From contig JAKMEY010000037.1 of assembly GCA_022425725.1 (NCBI GenBank), forward strand, positions 32,805 through 96,804: a stretch of 64,000 bases of DNA. The letters run 5' to 3'. A model generated the notes under the pieces. The model was given only the letters and a program-made list of their open reading frames with translations, was not told where the DNA came from and made no database searches. The stretch comes from Ilumatobacteraceae bacterium (lineage in GTDB: Bacteria > Actinomycetota > Acidimicrobiia > Acidimicrobiales > Ilumatobacteraceae). Position numbers and translations under genes: made by a program. Below are positions 49,838-59,034 of the stretch, piece after piece. Position 1 is the stretch's first letter. Every line of letters begins with the position of its first letter.

Positions 49838-49935
49838 AGCCACATTGTGCACGAATAGTGAACGGCCGAACATTACCCATCGATAAACAATCGCCTCCTG
49901 TGGACAGAGCCGTCTCGGGGAACCACACTGTCGGC

Positions 49936-50736
49936 ATGTCTCTCAAACGACTTGGAGTTCGCCTCGCCGTCGCCGTACTCGCTCTCGCCGCTCTTGCTGT
50001 TGGCGGTGCATGGGTATATGCAACGTTCATCAACGACGCTGCTGAAGAGTTCGAAGTGGCTGATCTTGATGAACGTCTCGATGCCAGTGCCGAGCAACCG
50101 AGCGAAGAACCACAAGACCCTGCACCCGACGTCACCACGCAAGCCGACGCCACCGAAGCCGACACAACGCAAACTGGCGAGGCCGTGGAATCTGAGGATG
50201 TAACGGAAGTTGACGATGGAACCCAACTCTGGATCACCACCGAAGGCTCAGAGGTTGGCTACCGAGTCTCTGAAGTTCTCTTCGGGATTGACACCGAAGG
50301 CGTGGGCCGCACCGAAGATGTCACCGGTTCAGTCACCCTTGACGACACAACTATGACCGAGGCCGAGTTCACCGTCGATGTTGCGTCGATGAAAAGCGAC
50401 GACGGTCGAAGAGATGGCCAGTTCAGAGGCCGCATCATGGAAACACAAACATTTCCAACGGCATCATTCACTCTCACCAGCCCGGTCGACCTTGGCGTCA
50501 CCGCAACTGAAGGTGCAACGGTAGACACCACGATCTCGGGCGAACTCACAATGCATGGCGTGACAAACCCTGTGTCATTCGAGATCGCTGCGAAAATTGA
50601 GGGCAACCGCCTGGGGGTCATCGGAACGATTCCCGTCACATTCGTCGACTACGACATTGTTGACCCCTCGATCACCGGTATCACCGTCAAACCAGAGGGC
50701 GTCATCGAGTTCGTCTTGGTGTTTAGCCGGCAGTGA
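49936..50736 (+). CDS. YceI-like domain protein with N-terminal membrane anchor and acidic linker
   Basis: MSLKRLGVRLAVAVLALAALAVGGAWV anchor, a D/E/T-rich linker, then YceI blocks (V.F.V...S..S....RD...R....ET..FP.A.F.., G.LT.HGVT..V.F). Start trimmed to the ATG at 49936. Confidence 0.8.
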   Translation: MSLKRLGVRLAVAVLALAALAVGGAWVYATFINDAAEEFEVADLDERLDASAEQPSEEPQDPAPDVTTQADATEADTTQTGEAVESEDVTEVDDGTQLWITTEGSEVGYRVSEVLFGIDTEGVGRTEDVTGSVTLDDTTMTEAEFTVDVASMKSDDGRRDGQFRGRIMETQTFPTASFTLTSPVDLGVTATEGATVDTTISGELTMHGVTNPVSFEIAAKIEGNRLGVIGTIPVTFVDYDIVDPSITGITVKPEGVIEFVLVFSRQ

Positions 50737-52531
50737 TCTCCGACGTGGTGGGCTGGCTCGCCATCCACGCCTGCTGAAGGGCGGCATACCGACCGTTGGG
50801 AACAGCGGTGAGTTCTTCGTGAGTGCCGACCTCGACCAGCCGACCCTCGTCACAGACCACAATCCGGTCTGCCCGACGCACGGTCGACAACCGGTGAGCG
50901 ACAACGATCACCGTGCGACCTGACATCAACCGCTCGAGTGCGACTTCGACCTCGGCTTCCGTACCGGGGTCGAGATTCGACGTCGCCTCGTCGAGCACGA
51001 GTACCGCCGGGTCAACGAGCGCAGCTCGCGCAAGAGATACGAGTTGGCGCTCACCCGCCGACAACCGCGATCCGCGCTCGCGCACCACGGTGTTGAGCCC
51101 GTCGGGCATCTGTTCGAAACGATGTCGGGCGCCGATGAGGTCAAGGGCTTCCCACAGTTCGTCTTCAGACGCGGACGGCTGGGCAAGCCGAAGGTTGTCG
51201 GCGATCGTTCCGTTAAATAGGAAGCCCTCCTGGGGAACCACCACAATCTGTGCGCGCAATGACGACAATGTGGCATCGGTCAGGCACACCCCACCGAGCG
51301 AGACCGACCCCTCGGTCGGGTCATAGAGACGAGCAATGATCTTTGCCAACGTCGACTTACCGGCACCAGTTGGCCCAACCAACGCAACTCGCTCGCCGTG
51401 TGCGACCTCAAGAGACGCATCGCGAAGAGCAGGTTGGATGGCCCCCGGGTAGGTGAAACCGACCCCGTCTACAACAAGTGGACCTGACGTGGGAAGATCG
51501 ACCGCTCCGTGATGTTCATCAATTTCGGGTTCGGTGTCGAGAATGTCAAACATTTTCTTCAACGAAGCAGTCGCTGCCTGAACGGTGTTGTAGAGCTGGG
51601 ACAGCTGCTGCACCGGCTCGAACAGGCTGGCCAACAACAACACCACGGCGACAACGGTTCCGACCGTGACGTCACCTCGCCCGACGAGCCACCCCCCTGC
51701 CAAGACACCAAGCGCTGTCGCAACGACCCCACAAAATTCAACGACACCGAAATACCACGTCGACGCCTTCACCGTTCGAAGATGAGCGGCGTAGAGCCCG
51801 CGATTTGATTCGTGGAAACGGCGGCGCTGCTCATCAACTCGGGCCGATGCCTGAATCACTCGCACTCCCGCAAGGTTTTCTTGAAGGGCCGACAGGTTGG
51901 TGCCAACACGCTCGCGCACCTCAAGGTACGCATCGTTTGACACCCTCTGAAATCTCATCGACGCCAAGACGACGATCGGCAACACCGCAAGCGCAATCAA
52001 TGTGAGTTGCCACGACATCACAAACAGCACGCAGATTGCAACGAGCAACAAAATGCCGGCAGAAACAAATTGCAGAAGTCCCCACTGCACGAGCTCAGAC
52101 ATCGACTCGATATCAGCTGTCATTCGCGCAACGAGAACACCTGCCTTGTTCTCATCAAAAAACCCGAGTGACTGCCGTTGAATATGGGCGAACAGGCGAA
52201 GCCGTAGCCCACGCAAAAAGCCCTCTCCCGCCCGATTGATCAGTACGTACTGACGACGTGACCCGATGTAGGCAAGCACAACCGCAAGCGCAAACCCGGC
52301 TACGGCAATACCGAGGGCCGATCGGTCAGCCGTTCGAATACCGGTATCGATACCAAACCGAACGAGCAAAGGGCCGACAATGGTGGTCGATGTCGCCAGC
52401 GCGACAAACCCGACTGCAGTAAATGCGGTGCGCCAATACGGGCGCGCTAGCCGCGCCGCTCGACGAAGTACCTGACTCGCATCATCTCTCGTGAGTCGGT
52501 CGTTTGGGTCGACCCCAACACCACCCCACAT
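50723..52531 (-). CDS. ABC exporter, fused permease/ATPase (heterodimer partner 2)
   Basis: 602 aa. Six-transmembrane type-I exporter domain, Walker A GPTGAGKST, signature LSAGERQ and Walker B LVLDEATS. The start overlaps the upstream stop (TGATG). Confidence 0.85.
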   Translation of the reverse strand: MWGGVGVDPNDRLTRDDASQVLRRAARLARPYWRTAFTAVGFVALATSTTIVGPLLVRFGIDTGIRTADRSALGIAVAGFALAVVLAYIGSRRQYVLINRAGEGFLRGLRLRLFAHIQRQSLGFFDENKAGVLVARMTADIESMSELVQWGLLQFVSAGILLLVAICVLFVMSWQLTLIALAVLPIVVLASMRFQRVSNDAYLEVRERVGTNLSALQENLAGVRVIQASARVDEQRRRFHESNRGLYAAHLRTVKASTWYFGVVEFCGVVATALGVLAGGWLVGRGDVTVGTVVAVVLLLASLFEPVQQLSQLYNTVQAATASLKKMFDILDTEPEIDEHHGAVDLPTSGPLVVDGVGFTYPGAIQPALRDASLEVAHGERVALVGPTGAGKSTLAKIIARLYDPTEGSVSLGGVCLTDATLSSLRAQIVVVPQEGFLFNGTIADNLRLAQPSASEDELWEALDLIGARHRFEQMPDGLNTVVRERGSRLSAGERQLVSLARAALVDPAVLVLDEATSNLDPGTEAEVEVALERLMSGRTVIVVAHRLSTVRRADRIVVCDEGRLVEVGTHEELTAVPNGRYAALQQAWMASQPTTSEITAG

Positions 52532-54333
52532 CAGTTCACCACCGCCTCAGCATCACCCGGTTCGAGGGCGGCAAGCACCTCCCGATAGCGGGGCTCTGTG
52601 TTGAGTAACCCTTGGTGATCTCCTGTCGCAATCACCCGTCCTTCATCGAGCAAGACAACATTGTCAGCCATTGCGATGGTCCCTGGACGATGAGCAATGA
52701 CCAGCGTTGTCCGGCCATCCATCACCGTTGACATGGCCGAACGAATCTCATGCTCTTTCGACGGATCAACCGCGCTCGTTGCATCGTCGAGAATGAGCAC
52801 CCTCGGGTTCGAGATAATTGCCCGTGCAATCGCAATGCGCTGCCGCTGTCCGCCAGACAGCGAGTAGCCACGCTCACCGAGCAACGTGTTGTATCCATCT
52901 GGAAGTTCCTCGATAAACGATGCAGCCCCGGCAAGCTCCGCCGCATGGCGAATTCGGCCAAACTCTGCATCGAGATCCATCGACGGCACCGTGAACGCAA
53001 TGTTGGCGGCGACAGTGTCGTGAAAGAGCAAGGTGTCTTCGAAGACGATGCCGATCGTTCGGCGCAGATCGTCAACCCGCAGCGATCGAAGATCAACACC
53101 GTCGAGCGTCACCGAGCCGTGTTGCGGGTCGTAGAACCTCAACAACAGTCTCGCCACCGTCGATTTTCCTGACCCGGTGGCGCCAACAATCGCAATTGAT
53201 TGGCCGGCTTCAATAGTGAGGTCAAAACCACTGAGCACGTCGTCACCGTCGCCATAGGCAAATGAGACCCCATCAAATCGCACGGCCCCCACTGGTTGCT
53301 CCCCCACCACCGGGAGGTCGCAAGGCTCAACCGGATCAGCAATTTCAGGCTCAACGGACAGCACCTCGTGCACTCGATCAAGCGCGGCCGCAGCACGCTG
53401 CCCAAATGCAACGGTCATTCCGATCGACCTCAGTGGCCACACGAGCAACGTGACAAAAAAGTTGAACGCAACAAGTTCGCCGACCGTCATCGAACCATCG
53501 ATCACCCGTAAACCGCCCACTCCAAGCACTCCGACCAGACCAACAGCTGGCAACAACTCAAGAAATGGCATGTACTTCGCCCGAATTTTGGCGGCCTGCA
53601 GCGAAACCTCGCGGATGTCATCAGCCTCGGTGGTGAGGGCCTCCATACGAACATGCTCTGCGCCAAAGCCTTTGACGACCCGCACCCCTGCGATCGATTC
53701 TTCAACCACAGTCGACAACTGGGCCTGCTCTGCCTGTACTGCGAGCACCGCCGGATGAATTGCATTCGAAAACAATTTGGCGGTGACGTTGACGAACGGC
53801 AACGGCAACAGGGCCACGAGAGCGAGAAGTGGGTCGAGTGAAATGAGCACCCCGGTCACGCCCAAAATAAGTGCAACGTGCGAGAGCGTGAGAGGGATCA
53901 TCACGACGAACATCTGCACCTGGTTGAGGTCGGCTGACATGCGGCTCATCAACTGACCGGTCTGAGCATTGTCGTGATACTCGGGGTGTAGACCAAGGAC
54001 ATGGTCATGAATTTGCTCCCGAAGCAACGTTTCGACCATGCGACTCTCTTTAAACGCAAAAAATCGCCGACCTGCTGTCAACAAACCAGTCGATAAGCCT
54101 GCACACGCAATTCCGATTGACCATTTGAGAGCAGAACCGTCACCGATGATGGCGCTATCGACTGCAGACTGGGTGAGGAGCGGCACGGCGATCTTTCCAA
54201 CCGTCCATGCAATGCCGAGTGCGACACCTGTCGCAATGCCTACCCATTGCGCTTTCAATAACACGATGAGATGTGACCAGTTCGTTTCACGAACTGATCT
54301 GATGCCGGTTGGTGTCGGCGTTGATTCAGTCAT
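52531..54333 (-). CDS. ABC exporter, fused permease/ATPase (heterodimer partner 1)
   Basis: Six-transmembrane domain, Walker A GATGSGKST, signature LSGGQRQ and Walker B LILDDATS. Start placed at the ATG at 54333 (MTESTPT...), which overlaps the arsC-family stop by 8 nt. Confidence 0.85.
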   Translation of the reverse strand: MTESTPTPTGIRSVRETNWSHLIVLLKAQWVGIATGVALGIAWTVGKIAVPLLTQSAVDSAIIGDGSALKWSIGIACAGLSTGLLTAGRRFFAFKESRMVETLLREQIHDHVLGLHPEYHDNAQTGQLMSRMSADLNQVQMFVVMIPLTLSHVALILGVTGVLISLDPLLALVALLPLPFVNVTAKLFSNAIHPAVLAVQAEQAQLSTVVEESIAGVRVVKGFGAEHVRMEALTTEADDIREVSLQAAKIRAKYMPFLELLPAVGLVGVLGVGGLRVIDGSMTVGELVAFNFFVTLLVWPLRSIGMTVAFGQRAAAALDRVHEVLSVEPEIADPVEPCDLPVVGEQPVGAVRFDGVSFAYGDGDDVLSGFDLTIEAGQSIAIVGATGSGKSTVARLLLRFYDPQHGSVTLDGVDLRSLRVDDLRRTIGIVFEDTLLFHDTVAANIAFTVPSMDLDAEFGRIRHAAELAGAASFIEELPDGYNTLLGERGYSLSGGQRQRIAIARAIISNPRVLILDDATSAVDPSKEHEIRSAMSTVMDGRTTLVIAHRPGTIAMADNVVLLDEGRVIATGDHQGLLNTEPRYREVLAALEPGDAEAVVN

Positions 54334-54691
54334 CAAGCATCTCTGCAATGTGCTCAGTTGGTCGCCCGATCACCGTTTGAGAGCCATCTGACAGCAACGG
54401 ACGTTGCAGAAGTTCGGGCGTGGCACGCAGGATCTTCACGATGGTCTCGGTGTCATCGAGTTGCTCCGATGTGATGCCCATCTCGGCCAATGGCCGGTCG
54501 CGCCGCACGAGGTCGCTCGATGGCCCATCGAAGGTGGAGATCAACATGCGGATGGTGTCAGCGTCGGGTGGGGTGTCGAGGTACTGCACGACGTCAATGT
54601 CTCGCCCACGAGCCTGGTGTGCTTCGACAATCGCAAGGGCAGCTCGTGATTTCGAGCAGCGCGGATTGTGAAATAACCGGAACTCTGACAC
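54326..54691 (-). CDS. ArsC/Spx-family thiol oxidoreductase (arsenate reductase-like)
   Basis: 121 aa. FHNPRCSKSRAAL is the glutaredoxin-type ArsC catalytic-Cys block, and LLQRP is near the C-terminus. Confidence 0.75.
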   Translation of the reverse strand: MSEFRLFHNPRCSKSRAALAIVEAHQARGRDIDVVQYLDTPPDADTIRMLISTFDGPSSDLVRRDRPLAEMGITSEQLDDTETIVKILRATPELLQRPLLSDGSQTVIGRPTEHIAEMLDD

Positions 54692-54799
54692 GACGATGAC
54701 CGTATCTGAACCTCAGCCGAGATGTCGTGCGCAACACCCATCGGTCATACTCAAGTCATCGCCATTGCGGCCCATCAATTACCACCACATTGGAGGGCC

Positions 54800-55303
54800 A
54801 TGCCTAGCAACGATGACGATATTTCCCCGTCCACTCCAGACCTCATTGGGTTACCAACTCACCGTGTTCTTCGATCTCTCGATGCAATGCCTCTTCCGAG
54901 AGCATCTCACGATCGGCTCAATGGGGAGTACGACGCCTTACGAGTTGCCTCACTTGCGCTCTCTCGGCCCCTTACAAACGAGACGATTATTGTCGCCAGC
55001 GATATCGACGGTTGCGGTCTCGGACTCATCGCGGTTAGAAACACGCCCACGAGTGCGGAGTCTGTTGACGCCCTGCGTCTGACAATCGCCCGGCAAACGC
55101 TCATGTTCGGTGATACGCCCGCGATCGCTGCGGTAACCGTGCTGTCGGTTCTGCGACAAGGGTTTGCCGACGTTCACGACAGCCGCATCGACCTACTGAT
55201 GCGAGAATTCGCTGCGGCAAGGGTCAGCCTCGATCGATGGTTTTGTATCGATCAGCAACTCAAGAGCGTTGACGTCGAAACGCTCGCCGTTCTTCCGCAC
55301 TGA
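54800..55303 (+). CDS. Hypothetical protein (start uncertain)
   Basis: ORF 54722..55303. The ATG at 54800 is preceded by GGAGGG. I recognise no motif. The 3' end overlaps the DUF4031 gene 3' end by 44 nt. Confidence 0.4.
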   Translation: MPSNDDDISPSTPDLIGLPTHRVLRSLDAMPLPRASHDRLNGEYDALRVASLALSRPLTNETIIVASDIDGCGLGLIAVRNTPTSAESVDALRLTIARQTLMFGDTPAIAAVTVLSVLRQGFADVHDSRIDLLMREFAAARVSLDRWFCIDQQLKSVDVETLAVLPH

Positions 55304-55544
55304 GCCGGAGCCCGGCAGCACGAAGCCGTCGGGCGACCTCTCTGCTTTCAACCTCGACCGCTCCATCAGCGATCAGGCGCTCGCGATACTCCTCTGGGAT
55401 GTCGTAATGGTCACCTTGAAACGCTCGACGCTGTATCTCATTTCGATCGGCGAAGTCGATGAGTTCTTCGACTGACGTATCACTGATGAGGTGACACCAT
55501 CGGCGGCCGTTAAACCACCATCGCGCCTGATCGATCAATATCAC
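55260..55544 (-). CDS. DUF4031-domain protein
   Basis: VILIDQARWWFNGRRWCHLISDTSVEELIDFADRNEIQRRAFQGDHYDIPEE matches the DUF4031 pattern. The GTG at 55544 is 10 nt after the malic enzyme stop. Confidence 0.7.
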   Translation of the reverse strand: MILIDQARWWFNGRRWCHLISDTSVEELIDFADRNEIQRRAFQGDHYDIPEEYRERLIADGAVEVESREVARRLRAAGLRLSAEERRAFRRQRS

Positions 55545-55554
55545 GAGAAGCCAG

Positions 55555-57027
55555 TTACTCGACGATTTCTCGAGCGAGGCCCTCACGCCGTGCCTGCTCC
55601 GACACCGATCGAGCGACGATGTCTGCGACGCCGTCTTCGAACGCGCCTGGGATGACCCTCTCCACTGTTGGCTCAGTCACCATGGCGGCGAGCGCTTCTG
55701 CAGCGGCGCGCTTCACACCCATCGAAGCATTCGTTGCTCGAACGTCAAGAAGTCCGCGGAAGACGCCCGGAAACGCGAGCACATTGTTGATCTGGTTTGG
55801 GTAGTCACTTCGACCGGTTGCAACAACCGCAACGTTGTCTGGCATGAGTTCAGGCATGATCTCAGGAACTGGGTTCGCTAACGCAAACACGACGGCATCA
55901 TCAGCCATCGACGACACCCACTCTCGTTCAATAATTCCTGGGCCCGAGAGCCCAATGAGGACATCCGCTCCCTCGATTGCCTCACGCGCACCACCCGAAC
56001 GATCATTCTTATTGCCATGATCGACGAACCATTGCTTACTCGGATGAAGCCCCTCGCGTGAAGAATCGAGGATGCCGCGAGAGTCGACTCCGATGATGTC
56101 GCCAATACCAATTTCGGCGAGCAGATGAGCGCAGGCAACACCAGCAGCACCAGTACCCACGATCGTCACACTGAGCTCAGTGATCGGCCGGCCGATCACC
56201 TTTGCCGCATTCAACAACGCTGCGACAACAACAATCGCAGTTCCGTGCTGGTCGTCGTGAAAGATCGGGATGTCGAGCATCTCTTGGAGCCGCTCCTCAA
56301 TCTCGAAGCATTCCGGAGCCTTTATGTCTTCAAGATTGATGCCACCAAACGTTGGTGCGATCGCTGCTCCAACTGCCACAACATCATCAACAGTTGGCGC
56401 GTCGACACACACCGGATACGCATCGATTCCTGCGAACTGCTTGAAGAGCACCGCCTTACCTTCCATCACAGGCATCGCCGCTTCGGGACCAATATCACCC
56501 AAACCGAGCACAGCGGTGCCGTTCGAGAGCACTGCAACTGCATTTGATCGGCCAGTAAAGCGCCAGACCGCAGATGGCTCCTCCGCAATATGGGTCGACA
56601 CCCGCCCGACTCCCGGGGTGTACGCCATTGCAAGTTCATCTGGCCCAACAAGAGCGGTGCGTGGTGAAACGATGATCTTGCCGTCGACATGAAGATCAAA
56701 CGTCGTGTCAGACGACGACACGGAGTCGACGCCGTCAAGTTGCTCGACGACACTCAACACCTCAGCCTGCTGGGCGGTTCCCGAGCATGCGACAAGTGCC
56801 TCGAGCCCACCTTCGACTATTTCTGACGACCGAACCTCTGCGCCAATATCAGAGATAGCTGCAACCAACTGTGCCTCATCGATTCCGGCGCCGGCGATGA
56901 CAAGAGATAATGCGTAACCCGTTGTCGGGCGCGTGCGTTGGATACTCGACTCGTCATCGAGAGAGGTGTCTGACTGAACATTCATGTTGTTGGGGTCCTC
57001 GTTGTGGAGCCCCGGCCAGCCGCTCAC
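55555..57027 (-). CDS. NAD(P)-dependent malic enzyme with N-terminal ACT-like extension
   Basis: LAMAYTPGV, NGTAVLGLGDIG and PVMEGKA.LFK are malic-enzyme blocks, followed by the GTGAAG Rossmann motif. The track ORF starts at the GTG at 57027; the ATG at 56985 (MNVQSD...) is an equally plausible start. Confidence 0.88.
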   Translation of the reverse strand: MSGWPGLHNEDPNNMNVQSDTSLDDESSIQRTRPTTGYALSLVIAGAGIDEAQLVAAISDIGAEVRSSEIVEGGLEALVACSGTAQQAEVLSVVEQLDGVDSVSSSDTTFDLHVDGKIIVSPRTALVGPDELAMAYTPGVGRVSTHIAEEPSAVWRFTGRSNAVAVLSNGTAVLGLGDIGPEAAMPVMEGKAVLFKQFAGIDAYPVCVDAPTVDDVVAVGAAIAPTFGGINLEDIKAPECFEIEERLQEMLDIPIFHDDQHGTAIVVVAALLNAAKVIGRPITELSVTIVGTGAAGVACAHLLAEIGIGDIIGVDSRGILDSSREGLHPSKQWFVDHGNKNDRSGGAREAIEGADVLIGLSGPGIIEREWVSSMADDAVVFALANPVPEIMPELMPDNVAVVATGRSDYPNQINNVLAFPGVFRGLLDVRATNASMGVKRAAAEALAAMVTEPTVERVIPGAFEDGVADIVARSVSEQARREGLAREIVE

Positions 57028-57302
57028 CGCCGGTCGGGGCGGAGCGGGCGGGAGATGTGATTCTCAGCGAATCAGTCGGTGTCCCCGCCGGCTCCGAACC
57101 CGTACAGGTACGGCGGCGGGAATTCGCGCTGCTGACGCGGCAATGGCCGCAATTACTGCCACCACAGGGGCGAGAGGAGCGACAGCTGCTGAAAACACAT
57201 GCTCAACATAGCGCAACAGTTTGGGCCGCGCCTCATCTACTCAAAAATTCAGAACGTTCGTGAACAGTTCTCTCACATCCGCCGACCACCTAATCTTGCA
57301 TC

Positions 57303-58649
57303 ATGAGCCAACAATTGACTGGTGAAACCACCGAGTTGCTGCAGGCAATGATTAGAAACGCCTGCGTCAACGACGGAACTCCTGACTCTGGCGAAGAAAT
57401 TCGCAACGCTGACCTACTCACCACCTTCCTTGAAGGCTCAGGGCTGGATATTCAACGTTTTGAGTCTCACCCCGGTCGAGCATCGGTTGTCGCACGCATT
57501 GAGGGGAGCGACCCCAACGCTCCAAAACTATGTCTCATGGGTCACACCGACGTTGTACCTGTGAGCCCTGAGGGTTGGGATAACGACCCGTTCGGTGGCG
57601 AACTCATCGACGGCGAGGTGTGGGGCCGAGGAGCGATCGACATGCTGAATCTCACCTCATCTATGGCGGTGGCGTTCCGGCATCTTGCCGACTCCGGATT
57701 TACCCCCACTGGTGACCTCATTTACTTCGGTGTCGCTGACGAAGAAGCCGGAGGCACGTGGGGAGCCGAATGGATGTTCGAACACCACGCAGATGTCATC
57801 GATGCCGACTATGTCCTCACCGAACTCGGTGGGTGGTCATCGGTTGACCAACACGGCCACCGAAAGATCACTATCAATGTTGGTGAAAAGGGAATTGCCT
57901 GGCGCAAACTCCGGGTTCGCGGGACCCCAGGTCACGGGTCGATGCCATGGGGCAGCGACAACGCTCTTGTGAAGGCCGCTGAGGCCGTTCGCCGGCTCGC
58001 ATCATTCCGTCCCGCCACGCAGATCACCGATATGTGGCGGGGACAAGTTGACGCGATGCACATCTCCGAGGAAGAGAAAGCTGTCCTCCTCGACCCGCAA
58101 CAAGTGTGGGATGCGCTCGACGCAATGCCAGTGGGAGCCGCTCGAGCGTGTCACGCCCTTACCCACACGACGATCTCCCCAAATGTCATTCATCCGGTTG
58201 AGTCACAGAAGACAAACGTCATCCCTGACGTCGTCGACCTCGTTGTCGATATCCGAACACTGCCCGGTACGACCGAAGCCGAAGTCATTGCAATGATCAC
58301 CGAGGCTTTGGGAGACCTCGCACCACATGTCGAAATCGGTGAGGCCGAGCAGCAAGCTGAAGGAACACAATCTTCGATCGACACCCCGCTGTGGGATGTG
58401 ATCTCCCATCAAACTCAAATCGCCTACCCAGGGGCTGAACTACTCCCCGGCCTTGTAGTGGGTGGCACCGACGCACGTTTCTACCGACAGCGCGGCCGGA
58501 TTGGTTACGGAGCTGGACTGTTCTCTCCATCGATGGACATGGCCACATTCGGAAACAGATTCCATGGCCATAACGAACGCATTGACGTCGAAAGCCTCGG
58601 TCTCGCTACCGACTTCTGGCTTGGCATCTGCCAAGAGCTCTTAGGGTGA
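57303..58649 (+). CDS. M20-family metallopeptidase (ArgE/DapE/ACY1/CPG2-like)
   Basis: 448 aa. LMGHTDVVP, RGAIDM, FGVADEEAGG and a dimerisation-domain insertion. C-terminal ...GGTDARF.. and HG.NERI. Confidence 0.85.
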   Translation: MSQQLTGETTELLQAMIRNACVNDGTPDSGEEIRNADLLTTFLEGSGLDIQRFESHPGRASVVARIEGSDPNAPKLCLMGHTDVVPVSPEGWDNDPFGGELIDGEVWGRGAIDMLNLTSSMAVAFRHLADSGFTPTGDLIYFGVADEEAGGTWGAEWMFEHHADVIDADYVLTELGGWSSVDQHGHRKITINVGEKGIAWRKLRVRGTPGHGSMPWGSDNALVKAAEAVRRLASFRPATQITDMWRGQVDAMHISEEEKAVLLDPQQVWDALDAMPVGAARACHALTHTTISPNVIHPVESQKTNVIPDVVDLVVDIRTLPGTTEAEVIAMITEALGDLAPHVEIGEAEQQAEGTQSSIDTPLWDVISHQTQIAYPGAELLPGLVVGGTDARFYRQRGRIGYGAGLFSPSMDMATFGNRFHGHNERIDVESLGLATDFWLGICQELLG

Positions 58650-58656
58650 AACTGCG

Positions 58657-58944
58657 ATGACCGACCTCGAAACGATGCCCGCAACCGTCGTTCCTGAAAC
58701 CGAGATCACTCCCGAGACTGAAGAACCAACCAGCGCGCACATCGTCAAAGTCGAACCGGGAGAATCCGCTGCCGCAAAAGTGTTGCAAGCACGCATTGAA
58801 GGCACCCCTCTTGAGGCCCTGTGCGGATTCGTATGGGTGCCATCTCGCGACCCAAAACAACTCCCTGTATGTCAACAATGCAAAGAGATCTACGACATGT
58901 TCAAGATCTTCAACGACGGGCTTCGCGGCACTCCGAGCGAATAA
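58657..58944 (+). CDS. DUF3039-domain protein
   Basis: 95 aa. ...ALCGFVWVPSRDPKQLPVCQQCKEIYD... matches the actinobacterial DUF3039 core. Confidence 0.75.
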   Translation: MTDLETMPATVVPETEITPETEEPTSAHIVKVEPGESAAAKVLQARIEGTPLEALCGFVWVPSRDPKQLPVCQQCKEIYDMFKIFNDGLRGTPSE

Positions 58945-59034
58945 TTTTTGACATTTTCACCCCTACGGGGTGGTCGACCGCAAGCCCAAAAGTCGCTTGC
59001 AAACAGTGTCGCAATCTGCTTGAGATATGTCGCC

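Noticed and set aside
56910-57263. ORFs 56910..57263 and 56984..57211 inside the large intergenic region.
   Set aside because: Their products are Arg/Ala/Gly-rich and of low complexity, they overlap each other, they lack a start context, and they coincide with the palindromic GC-rich DNA. More likely non-coding.
58958-58972. Hairpin CACCCC-TAC-GGGGTG after DUF3039 as an intrinsic terminator. A similar hairpin, CGGGGT-N6-ACCCCG, lies at 40987-41004 between cysM and the Na/Pi transporter gene.
   Set aside because: The stems are short (6 bp) and no U-tract follows. They might be processing or regulatory hairpins, but the evidence is insufficient to call terminators.
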